A program made the position numbers and the translations under genes. A stretch of DNA of 64,000 nucleotides, taken from the NCBI GenBank assembly GCA_964016885.1, contig OZ024758.1, positions 38,006,001 to 38,070,000 of the forward strand, read 5' to 3'. Below the pieces are notes generated by a model. It was not told where the DNA came from. It did not search any database and was given only the letters and a program-made list of their open reading frames with translations. Of this stretch, positions 10,431 through 23,200 are shown in pieces. Source of the stretch: Eledone cirrhosa (lineage: Eukaryota). How positions within the stretch are numbered: the stretch's first letter is position 1; every line of letters begins with the position of its first letter.

Positions 10431-13400
10431 CATGGTATTAGCTGTCAGAAGTCACTCCAATGTTGGTGAGAATTCATTTAAGTTCATGGTATTAGCAGTC
10501 AGAAGTCACTCCACTGTTGGTGAGAATTCATTTAAGTTCATGGTACTAGCTGTCAGAAGTAACCCCAATGTTGGTGAGAATTCATTTAAGTTCATGGTAT
10601 TAGCTGTCAGAAGTCACTCCAATGTTGGTGAGAATTCATTTAAGTTCATGGTATTAGCTGTCAGAAGTAACTCCACTGTTGGTGAGAATTCATTTAAGTT
10701 CATGGTATTAGTTTGTCAGAAGTAACTCCACTGTTGGTGAGAATTCATTTAAGTCATGGTATTAGTTGTCAGAAGTAACTCCAATGTTGGTGAGAATTCA
10801 TTTAAGTTCATGGTATTAGCTGTCAGAAGGAACTCCACTGTTGGTGAGAATTCATTTAAGTTCATGGTATTAGCTGTCAGAAGTAACTCCACTGTTGGTG
10901 AGAATTCATTTAAGTCATGGTATTAGCTGTCAGAAGTAACTCCATTGTTGGTGAGAATTCATTTAAGTCATGGTACTAGCTGTCAGAAGTAACTCCAATG
11001 TTGGTGAGAATTCATTTAAGTCATGGTACTAGCTGTCAGAAGTAACTCCAATGTTGGTGAGAATTCATTTAAGTTCATGTTATTAGCTGTCAGAAGGAAC
11101 TCCACTGTTGGTGAGAATACATTTAAGTTCATGGTACTAGCTGTCAGAAGTAACCCCAATGTTGGTGAGAATTCATTTAAGTTCATGGTATTAGCTGTCA
11201 GAAGTCACTCCAATGTTGGTGAGAATTCATTTAAGTTCATGGTATTAGCTGTCAGAAGTAACTCCACTGTTGGTAAGAATTCATTTAAGTTCATGGTATT
11301 AGCTGTCAGAAGTAACTCCACTGTTGGTGAGAATTCATTTAAGTTCATGGTATTAGCTGTCAGAAGGAACGCCACTGTTGGTGAGAATTCATTTAAGTTC
11401 ATGGTATTAGCTGTCAGAAGTAACTCCACTGTTGGTGAGAATTCATTTAAGTTCATGGTACTAGCTGTCAGAAGTAACTCCAATGTTGGTCAGAATTCAT
11501 TTAAGTTCATGGTATTAGCTGTCAGAAGGAACTCCACTGTTGCTGAGAATTCATTTAAGTTCATGGTATTAGCTGTCAGAAGTAACTCCACTGTTGGTGA
11601 GAATTCATTTAAGTTCATGGTACTAGCTGTCAGAAGTAACTCCACTGTTGGTGAGAATTCATTTAAGTTCATGGTATTAGCTGTCAGAAGTCACTCCAAT
11701 GTTGGTGAGAATTCATTTAAGTTCATGGTATTAGCTGTCAGAAGTCACTCCACTGTTGGTGAGAATTCATTTAAGTTCATGGTACTAGCTGTCAGAAGTA
11801 ACCCCAATGTTGGTGAGAATTCATTTAAGTTCATGGTATTAGCTGTCAGAAGTCACTCCAATGTTGGCGAGAATTCATTTAAGTTCATGGTATTAGCTGT
11901 CAGAAGTAACTCCACTGTTGGTGAGAATTCATTTAAGTTCATGGTATTAGCTGTCAGAAGTAACTCCACTGTTGGTGAGAATTCATTTAAGTCATGGTAT
12001 TAGCTGTCAGAAGTAACTCCAATGTTGGTGAGAATTCATTTAAGTTCATGGTATTAGCTGTCAGAAGTCACTCCACTGTTGGTGAGAATTCATTTAAGTT
12101 CATGGTACTAGCTGTCAGAAGTAACCCCAATGTTGGTGAGAATTCATTTAAGTTCATGGTATTAGCTGTCAGAAGTCACTCCAATGTTGGTGAGTATTCA
12201 TTTAAGTTCATGGTATTAGCTGTCAGAAGTAACTCCACTGTTGGTGAGAATTCATTTAAGTTCATGGTATTAGCTGTCAGAAGTAACTCCACTGTTGGTG
12301 AGAATTCATTTAAGTTCATGGTATTAGCTGTCAGAAGTAACTCCACTGTTGGTGAGAATTCATTTAAGTTCATGGTATTAGCTGTCAGAAGGAACTCCAA
12401 TGTTGGTGAGAATTCATTTAAGTCATGGTACTAGCTGTCAGAAGTAACTCCACTGTTGGTGAGAATTCATTTAAGTTCATGGTATTAGCTGTCAGAAGGA
12501 ACGCCACTGTTGGTGAGAATTCATTTAAGTTCATGGTATTAGCTGTCAGAAGTAACTCCAATGTTGGTGAGAATTCATTTAAGTTCATGGTATTAGCTGT
12601 CAGAAGGAACTCCACTGTTGGTGAGAATTCATTTAAGTTCATGGTATTAGCTGTCAGAAGTAACTCCACTGTTGGTGAGAATTCATTTAAGTCATGGTAT
12701 TAGCTGTCAGAAGTAACTCCATTGTTGGTGAGAATTCATTTAAGTCATGGTACTAGCTGTCAGAAGTAACTCCAATGTTGGTGAGAATTCATTTAAGTCA
12801 TGGTACTAGCTGTCAGAAGTAACTCCAATGTTGGTGAGAATTCATTTAAGTTCATGTTATTAGCTGTCAGAAGGAACTCCACTGTTGGTGAGAATACATT
12901 TAAGTTCATGGTACTAGCTGTCAGAAGTAACCCCAATGTTGGTGAGAATTCATTTAAGTTCATGGTATTAGCTGTCAGAAGTAACTCCACTGTTGGTGAG
13001 AATTCATTTAAGTTCATGGTACTAGCTGTCAGAAGTAACTCCACTGTTGGTGAGAATTCATTTAAGTTCATGGTATTAGCTGTCAGAAGTCACTCCAATG
13101 TTGGTGAGAATTCATTTAAGTTCATGGTATTAGCTGTCAGAAGTCACTCCACTGTTGGTGAGAATTCATTTAAGTTCATGGTACAAGCTGTCAGAAGTAA
13201 CCCCAATGTTGGTGAGAATTCATTTAAGTTCATGGTATTAGCTGTCAGAAGTCACTCCAATGTTGGCGAGAATTCATTTAAGTTCATGGTATTAGCTGTC
13301 AGAAGTAACTCCACTGTTGGTGAGAATTCATTTAAGTTCATGGTATTAGCTGTCAGAAGTAACTCCACTGTTGGTGAGAATTCATTTAAGTCATGGTATT

Positions 13401-16400
13401 AGCTGTCAGAAGTAACTCCAATGTTGGTGAGAATTCATTTAAGTTCATGGTATTAGCTGTCAGAAGTCACCCCACTGTTGGTGAGAATTCATTTAAGTTC
13501 ATGGTACTAGCTGTCAGAAGTAACCCCAATGTTGGTGAGAATTCATTTAAGTTCATGGTATTAGCTGTCAGAAGTCACTCCAATGTTGGTGAGAATTCAT
13601 TTAAGTTCATGGTATTAGCTGTCAGAAGTAACTCCACTGTTGGTGAGAATTCATTTACGTTCATGGTATTAGCTGTCAGAAGTAACTCCACTATTGGTGA
13701 GAATTCATTTAAGTTCATGGTATTAGCTGTCAGAAGGAACTCCAATGTTGGTGAGAATTCATTTAAGTCATGGTACTAGCTGTCAGAAGTAACTCCACTG
13801 TTGGTGAGAATTCATTTAAGTTCATGGTATTAGCTGTCAGAAGGAACGCCACTGTTGGTGAGAATTCATTTAAGTTCATGGTATTAGCTGTCAGAAGTAA
13901 CTCCACTGTTGGTGAGAATTCATTTAAGTTCATGGTACTAGCTGTCAGAAGTAACTCCAATGTTGGTGAGAATTCATTTAAGTTCATGGTATTAGCTGTC
14001 AGAACGAACTCCACTGTTGGTGAGAATTCATTTAAGTTCATGGTACTAGCTGTCAGAAGTAACCCCAATGTTGGTGAGAATTCATTTAAGTTCATGGTAT
14101 TAGATGTCAGAAGTCACTCCAATGTTGGTGAGAATTCATTTAAGTTCATGGTATTAGCTGTCAGAAGTAACTCCACTGTTGGTGAGAATTCATTTAAGTT
14201 CATGGTATTAGTTTGTCAGAAGTAACTCCACTGTTGGTGAGAATTCATTTAAGTCATGGTATTAGTTGTCAGAAGTAACTCCAATGTTGGTGAGAATTCA
14301 TTTAAGTTCATGGTATTAGCTGTCAGAAGGAACTCCACTGTTGGTGAGAATTCATTTAAGTTCATGGTATTAGCTGTCAGAAGTAACTCCACTGTTGGTG
14401 AGAATTCATTTAAGTCATGGTATTAGCTGTCAGAAGTAACTCCATTGTTGGTGAGAATTCATTTAAGTCATGGTACTAGCTGTCAGAAGTAACTCCAATG
14501 TTGGTGAGAATTCATTTAAGTCATGGTACTAGCTGTCAGAAGTAACTCCAATGTTGGTGAGAATTCATTTAAGTTCATGTTATTAGCTGTCAGAAGGAAC
14601 TCCACTGTTGGTGAGAATACATTTAAGTTCATGGTACTAGCTGTCAGAAGTAACCCCAATGTTGGTGAGAATTCATTTAAGTTCATGGTATTAGCTGTCA
14701 GAAGTCACTCCAATGTTGGTGAGAATTCATTTAAGTTCATGGTATTAGCTGTCAGAAGTAACTCCACTGTTGGTAAGAATTCATTTAAGTTCATGGTATT
14801 AGCTGTCAGAAGTAACTCCACTGTTGGTGAGAATTCATTTAAGTTCATGGTATTAGCTGTCAGAAGGAACGCCACTGTTGGTGAGAATTCATTTAAGTTC
14901 ATGGTATTAGCTGTCAGAAGTAACTCCACTGTTGGTGAGAATTCATTTAAGTTCATGGTACTAGCTGTCAGAAGTAACCCCAATGTTGGTGAGAATTCAT
15001 TTAAGTTCATGGTATTAGCTGTCAGAAGTCACTCCACTGTTGGTGAGAATTCATTTAAGTTCATGGTACTAGCTGTCAGAAGTAACCCCAATGTTGGTGA
15101 GAATTCATTTAAGTTCATGGTATTAGCTGTCAGAAGTCACTCCAATGTTGGCGAGAATTCATTTAAGTTCATGGTATTAGCTGTCAGAAGTAACTCCACT
15201 GTTGGTGAGAATTCATTTAAGTTCATGGTATTAGCTGTCAGAAGTAACTCCACTGTTGGTGAGAATTCATTTAAGTCATGGTATTAGCTGTCAGAAGTAA
15301 CTCCAATGTTGGTGAGAATTCATTTAAGTTCATGGTATTAGCTGTCAGAAGTCACCCCACTGTTGGTGAGAATTCATTTAAGTTCATGGTACTAGCTGTC
15401 AGAAGTAACCCCAATGTTGGTGAGAATTCATTTAAGTTCATGGTATTAGCTGTCAGAAGTCACTCCAATGTTGGTGAGAATTCATTTAAGTTCATGGTAT
15501 TAGCTGTCAGAAGTAACTCCACTGTTGGTGAGAATTCATTTAAGTTCATGGTATTAGTTTGTCAGAAGTAACTCCACTGTTGGTGAGAATTCATTTAAGT
15601 CATGGTATTAGTTGTCAGAAGTAACTCCAATGTTGGTGAGAATTCATTTAAGTTCATGGTATTAGCTGTCAGAAGGAACTCCACTGTTGGTGAGAATTCA
15701 TTTAAGTTCATGGTATTAGCTGTCAGAAGTAACTCCACTGTTGGTGAGAATTCATTTAAGTCATGGTATTAGCTGTCAGAAGTAACTCCATTGTTGGTGA
15801 GAATTCATTTAAGTCATGGTACTAGCTGTCAGAAGTAACTCCAATGTTGGTGAGAATTCATTTAAGTCATGGTACTAGCTGTCAGAAGTAACTCCAATGT
15901 TGGTGAGAATTCATTTAAGTTCATGTTATTAGCTGTCAGAAGGAACTCCACTGTTGGTGAGAATACATTTAAGTTCATGGTACTAGCTGTCAGAAGTAAC
16001 CCCAATGTTGGTGAGAATTCATTTAAGTTCATGGTATTAGCTGTCAGAAGTCACTCCAATGTTGGTGAGAATTCATTTAAGTTCATGGTATTAGCTGTCA
16101 GAAGTAACTCCACTGTTGGTAAGAATTCATTTAAGTTCATGGTATTAGCTGTCAGAAGTAACTCCACTGTTGGTGAGAATTCATTTAAGTTCATGGTATT
16201 AGCTGTCAGAAGGAACGCCACTGTTGGTGAGAATTCATTTAAGTTCATGGTATTAGCTGTCAGAAGTAACTCCACTGTTGGTGAGAATTCATTTAAGTTC
16301 ATGGTACTAGCTGTCAGAAGTAACCCCAATGTTGGTGAGAATTCATTTAAGTTCATGGTATTAGCTGTCAGAAGTCACTCCACTGTTGGTGAGAATTCAT

Positions 16401-19400
16401 TTAAGTTCATGGTACTAGCTGTCAGAAGTAACCCCAATGTTGGTGAGAATTCATTTAAGTTCATGGTATTAGCTGTCAGAAGTCACTCCAATGTTGGCGA
16501 GAATTCATTTAAGTTCATGGTATTAGCTGTCAGAAGTAACTCCACTGTTGGTGAGAATTCATTTAAGTTCATGGTATTAGCTGTCAGAAGTAACTCCACT
16601 GTTGGTGAGAATTCATTTAAGTCATGGTATTAGCTGTCAGAAGTAACTCCAATGTTGGTGAGAATTCATTTAAGTTCATGGTATTAGCTGTCAGAAGTCA
16701 CCCCACTGTTGGTGAGAATTCATTTAAGTTCATGGTACTAGCTGTCAGAAGTAACCCCAATGTTGGTGAGAATTCATTTAAGTTCATGGTATTAGCTGTC
16801 AGAAGTCACTCCAATGTTGGTGAGAATTCATTTAAGTTCATGGTATTAGCTGTCAGAAGTAACTCCACTGTTGGTGAGAATTCATTTAAGTTCATGGTAT
16901 TAGCTGTCAGAAGTAACTCCACTGTTGGTGAGAATTCATTTAAGTTCATGGTATTAGCTGTCAGAAGGAACTCCAATGTTGGTGAGAATTCATTTAAGTC
17001 ATGGTACTAGCTGTCAGAAGTAACTCCACTGTTGGTGAGAATTCATTTAAGTTCATGGTATTAGCTGTCAGAAGGAACGCCACTGTTGGTGAGAATTCAT
17101 TTAAGTTCATGGTATTAGCTGTCAGAAGTAACTCCACTGTTGGTGAGAATTCATTTAAGTTCATGGTACTAGCTGTCAGAAGTAACTCCAATGTTGGTGA
17201 GAATTCATTTAAGTTCATGGTATTAGCTGTCAGAACGAACTCCACTGTTGCTGAGAATTCATTTAAGTTCATGGTATTAGCTGTCAGAAGTAACTCCACT
17301 GTTGGTGAGAATTCATTTAAGTTCATGGTACTAGCTGTCAGAAGTAACTCCACTGTTGGTGAGAATTCATTTAAGTTCATGGTATTAGCTGTCAGAAGTC
17401 ACTCCAATGTTGGTGAGAATTCATTTAAGTTCATGGTATTAGCAGTCAGAAGTCACTCCACTGTTGGTGAGAATTCATTTAAGTTCATGGTACTAGCTGT
17501 CAGAAGTAACCCCAATGTTGGTGAGAATTCATTTAAGTTCATGGTATTAGCTGTCAGAAGTCACTCCAATGTTGGTGAGAATTCATTTAAGTTCATGGTA
17601 TTAGCTGTCAGAAGTAACTCCACTGTTGGTGAGAATTCATTTAAGTTCATGGTATTAGTTTGTCAGAAGTAACTCCACTGTTGGTGAGAATTCATTTAAG
17701 TCATGGTATTAGTTGTCAGAAGTAACTCCAATGTTGGTGAGAATTCATTTAAGTTCATGGTATTAGCTGTCAGAAGGAACTCCACTGTTGGTGAGAATTC
17801 ATTTAAGTTCATGGTATTAGCTGTCAGAAGTAACTCCACTGTTGGTGAGAATTCATTTAAGTCATGGTATTAGCTGTCAGAAGTAACTCCATTGTTGGTG
17901 AGAATTCATTTAAGTCATGGTACTAGCTGTCAGAAGTAACTCCAATGTTGGTGAGAATTCATTTAAGTCATGGTACTAGCTGTCAGAAGTAACTCCAATG
18001 TTGGTGAGAATTCATTTAAGTTCATGTTATTAGCTGTCAGAAGGAACTCCACTGTTGGTGAGAATACAATTAAGTTCATGGTACTAGCTGTCATAAGTAA
18101 CCCCAATGTTGGTGAGAATTCATTTAAGTTCATGGTATTAGCTGTCAGAAGTCACTCCAATGTTGGTGAGAATTCATTTAAGTTCATGGTATTAGCTGTC
18201 AGAAGTAACTCCACTGTTGGTAAGAATTCATTTAAGTTCATGGTATTAGCTGTCAGAAGTAACTCCACTGTTGGTGAGAATTCATTTAAGTTCATGGTAT
18301 TAGCTGTCAGAAGGAACGCCACTGTTGGTGAGAATTCATTTAAGTTCATGGTATTAGCTGTCAGAAGTAACTCCACTGTTGGTGAGAATTCATTTAAGTT
18401 CATGGTACTAGCTGTCAGAAGTAACTCCAATGTTGGTCAGAATTCATTTAAGTTCATGGTATTAGCTGTCAGAAGGAACTCCACTGTTGCTGAGAATTCA
18501 TTTAAGTTCATGGTATTAGCTGTCAGAAGTAACTCCACTGTTGGTGAGAATTCATTTAAGTTCATGGTACTAGCTGTCAGAAGTAACTCCACTGTTGGTG
18601 AGAATTCATTTAAGTTCATGGTATTAGCTGTCAGAAGTCACTCCAATGTTGGTGAGAATTCATTTAAGTTCATGGTATTAGCTGTCAGAAGTCACTCCAC
18701 TGTTGGTGAGAATTCATTTAAGTTCATGGTACTAGCTGTCAGAAGTAACCCCAATGTTGGTGAGAATTCATTTAAGTTCATGGTATTAGCTGTCAGAAGT
18801 CACTCCAATGTTGGCGAGAATTCATTTAAGTTCATGGTATTAGCTGTCAGAAGTAACTCCACTGTTGGTGAGAATTCATTTAAGTTCATGGTATTAGCTG
18901 TCAGAAGTAACTCCACTGTTGGTGAGAATTCATTTAAGTCATGGTATTAGCTGTCAGAAGTAACTCCAATGTTGGTGAGAATTCATTTAAGTTCATGGTA
19001 TTAGCTGTCAGAAGTCACTCCACTGTTGGTGAGAATTCATTTAAGTTCATGGTACTAGCTGTCAGAAGTAACCCCAATGTTGGTGAGAATTCATTTAAGT
19101 TCATGGTATTAGCTGTCAGAAGTCACTCCAATGTTGGTGAGAATTCATTTAAGTTCATGGTATTAGCTGTCAGAAGTAACTCCACTGTTGGTGAGAATTC
19201 ATTTAAGTTCATGGTATTAGCTGTCAGAAGTAACTCCACTGTTGGTGAGAATTCATTTAAGTTCATGGTATTAGCTGTCAGAAGTAACTCCACTGTTGGT
19301 GAGAATTCATTTAAGTTCATGGTATTAGCTGTCAGAAGGAACTACAATGTTGGTGAGAATTCATTTAAGTCATGGTACTAGCTGTCAGAAGTAACTCCAC

Positions 19401-20200
19401 TGTTGGTGAGAATTCATTTAAGTTCATGGTATTAGCTGTCAGAAGGAACGCCACTGTTGGTGAGAATTCATTTAAGTTCATGGTATTAGCTGTCAGAAGT
19501 AACTCCAATGTTGGTGAGAATTCATTTAAGTTCATGGTATTAGCTGTCAGAAGGAACTCCACTGTTGGTGAGAATTCATTTAAGTTCATGGTATTAGCTG
19601 TCAGAAGTAACTCCACTGTTGGTGAGAATTCATTTAAGTCATGGTATTAGCTGTCAGAAGTAACTCCATTGTTGGTGAGAATTCATTTAAGTCATGGTAC
19701 TAGCTGTCAGAAGTAACTCCAATGTTGGTGAGAATTCATTTAAGTCATGGTACTAGCTGTCAGAAGTAACTCCAATGTTGGTGAGAATTCATTTAAGTTC
19801 ATGTTATTAGCTGTCAGAAGGAACTCCACTGTTGGTGAGAATACATTTAAGTTCATGGTACTAGCTGTCAGAAGTAACCCCAATGTTGGTGAGAATTCAT
19901 TTAAGTTCATGGTATTAGCTGTCAGAAGTAACTCCACTGTTGGTGAGAATTCATTTAAGTTCATGGTACTAGCTGTCAGAAGTAACTCCACTGTTGGTGA
20001 GAATTCATTTAAGTTCATGGTATTAGCTGTCAGAAGTCACTCCAATGTTGGTGAGAATTCATTTAAGTTCATGGTATTAGCTGTCAGAAGTCACTCCACT
20101 GTTGGTGAGAATTCATTTAAGTTCATGGTACAAGCTGTCAGAAGTAACCCCAATGTTGGTGAGAATTCATTTAAGTTCATGGTATTAGCTGTCAGAAGTC
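9400..20200. repeat. Direct block duplication, offset 6947 bp: ~9400-13260 repeated at ~16350-20200
   Basis: GGCGAG 9549/16496 and AGCAGTC 10494/17441. ORF starts pair at 9677/16624, 10054/17001, 11023/17970, 11994/18941, 12425/19372, 12800/19747. Confidence 0.85.
14100..16890. repeat. Tandem duplication, period 1346 bp (25 monomers)
   Basis: ORF-track landmarks pair at 14225/15571, 14523/15869 and 15278/16624. The 254-aa translations at 14523 and 15869 are identical. Confidence 0.85.
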
Positions 20201-23200
20201 ACTCCAATGTTGGTGAGAATTCATTTAAGTTCATGGTATTAGCTGTCAGAAGTAACTCCACTGTTGGTGAGAATTCATTTACGTTCATGGTATTAGCTGT
20301 CAGAAGTAACTCCACTGTTGGTGAGAATTCATTTAAGTTCATGGTATTAGCTGTCAGAAGGAACTCCAATGTTGGTTATAATTCATTTAAGTCATGGTAC
20401 TAGCTGTCAGAAATAACTCCACTGTTGGTGAGAATTCATTTAAGTTCATGGTATTAGCTGTCAGAAGGAACGCCACTGTTGGTGAGAATTCATTTAAGTT
20501 CATGGTATTAGCTGTCAGAAGTAACTCCACTGTTGGTGAGAATTCATTTAAGTTCATGGTACTAGCTGTCAGAAGTAACTCCAATGTTGGTGAGAATTCA
20601 TTTAAGTTCATGGTATTAGCTGTCAGAACGAACTCCACTGTTGGTGAGAATTCATTTAAGTTCATGGTACTAGCTGTCAGAAGTAACCCCAATGTTGGTG
20701 AGAATTCATTTAAGTTCATGGTATTAGCTGTCAGAAGTCACTCCAATGTTGGTGAGAATTCATTTAAGTTCATGGTATTAGCTGTCAGAAGTAACTCCAC
20801 TGTTGGTGAGAATTCATTTAAGTTCATGGTATTAGTTTGTCAGAAGTAACTCCACTGTTGGTGAGAATTCATTTAAGTCATGGTATTAGTTGTCAGAAGT
20901 AACTCCAATGTTGGTGAGAATTCATTTAAGTTCATGGTATTAGCTGTCAGAAGTAACTCCACTGTTGGTGAGAATTCATTTAAGTCATGGTATTAGCTGT
21001 CAGAAGTAACTCCATTGTTGGTGAGAATTCATTTAAGTCATGGTACTAGCTGTCAGAAGTAACTCCAATGTTGGTGAGAATTCATTTAAGTCATGGTACT
21101 AGCTGTCAGAAGTAACTCCAATGTTGGTGAGAATTCATTTAAGTTCATGTTATTAGCTGTCAGAAGGAACTCCACTGTTGGTGAGAATACATTTAAGTTC
21201 ATGGTACTAGCTGTCAGAAGTAACCCCAATGTTGGTGAGAATTCATTTAAGTCCATGGTATTAGCTGTCAGAAGTCACTCCAATGTTGGTGAGAATTCAT
21301 TTAAGTTCATGGTATTAGCTGTCAGAAGTAACTCCACTGTTGGTAAGAATTCATTTAAGTTCATGGTATTAGCTGTCAGAAGTAACTCCACTGTTGGTGA
21401 GAATTCATTTAAGTTCATGGTATTAGCTGTCAGAAGGAACGCCACTGTTGGTGAGAATTCATTTAAGTTCATGGTATTAGCTGTCAGAAGTAACTCCACT
21501 GTTGGTGAGAATTCATTTAAGTTCATGGTACTAGCTGTCAGAAGTAACTCCAATGTTGGTGAGAATTCATTTAAGTTCATGTTATTAGCTGTCAGAAGGA
21601 ACTCCACTGTTGGTGAGAATACATTTAAGTTCATGGTACTAGCTGTCAGAAGTAACCCCAATGTTGGTGAGAATTCATTTAAGTTCATGGTATTAGCTGT
21701 CAGAAGTAACTCCACTGTTGGTGAGAATTCATTTAAGTTCATGGTACTAGCTGTCAGAAGTAACTCCACTGTTGGTGAGAATTCATTTAAGTTCATGGTA
21801 TTAGCTGTCAGAAGTCACTCCAATGTTGGTGAGAATTCATTTAAGTTCATGGTATTAGCTGTCAGAAGTCACTCCACTGTTGGTGAGAATTCATTTAAGT
21901 TCATGGTACAAGCTGTCAGAAGTAACCCCAATGTTGGTGAGAATTCATTTAAGTTCATGGTATTAGCTGTCAGAAGTCACTCCAATGTTGGTGAGAATTC
22001 ATTTAAGTTCATGGTATTAGCTGTCAGAAGTAACTCCACTGTTGGTGAGAATTCATTTACGTTCATGGTATTAGCTGTCAGAAGTAACTCCACTGTTGGT
22101 GAGAATTCATTTAAGTTCATGGTATTAGCTGTCAGAAGGAACTCCAATGTTGGTTATAATTCATTTAAGTCATGGTACTAGCTGTCAGAAATAACTCCAC
22201 TGTTGGTGAGAATTCATTTAAGTTCATGGTATTAGCTGTCAGAAGGAACGCCACTGTTGGTGAGAATTCATTTAAGTTCATGGTATTAGCTGTCAGAAGT
22301 AACTCCACTGTTGGTGAGAATTCATTTAAGTTCATGGTACTAGCTGTCAGAAGTAACTCCAATGTTGGTGAGAATTCATTTAAGTTCATGGTATTAGCTG
22401 TCAGAACGAACTCCACTGTTGGTGAGAATTCATTTAAGTTCATGGTACTAGCTGTCAGAAGTAACCCCAATGTTGGTGAGAATTCATTTAAGTTCATGGT
22501 ATTAGCTGTCAGAAGTCACTCCAATGTTGGTGAGAATTCATTTAAGTTCATGGTATTAGCTGTCAGAAGTAACTCCACTGTTGGTGAGAATTCATTTAGG
22601 TTCATGGTATTAGTTTGTCAGAAGTAACTCCACTGTTGGTGAGAATTCATTTAAGTCATGGTATTAGTTGTCAGAAGTAACTCCAATGTTGGTGAGAATT
22701 CATTTAAGTTCATGGTATTAGCTGTCAGAAGTAACTCCACTGTTGGTGAGAATTCATTTAAGTCATGGTATTAGCTGTCAGAAGTAACTCCATTGTTGGT
22801 GAGAATTCATTTAAGTCATGGTACTAGCTGTCAGAAGTAACTCCAATGTTGGTGAGAATTCATTTAAGTCATGGTACTAGCTGTCAGAAGTAACTCCAAT
22901 GTTGGTGAGAATTCATTTAAGTTCATGTTATTAGCTGTCAGAAGGAACTCCACTGTTGGTGAGAATACATTTAAGTTCATGGTACTAGCTGTCAGAAGTA
23001 ACCCCAATGTTGGTGAGAATTCATTTAAGTTCATGGTATTAGCTGTCAGAAGTCACTCCAATGTTGGTGAGAATTCATTTAAGTTCATGGTATTAGCTGT
23101 CAGAAGTAACTCCACTGTTGGTAAGAATTCATTTAAGTTCATGGTATTAGCTGTCAGAAGTAACTCCACTGTTGGTGAGAATTCATTTAAGTTCATGGTA

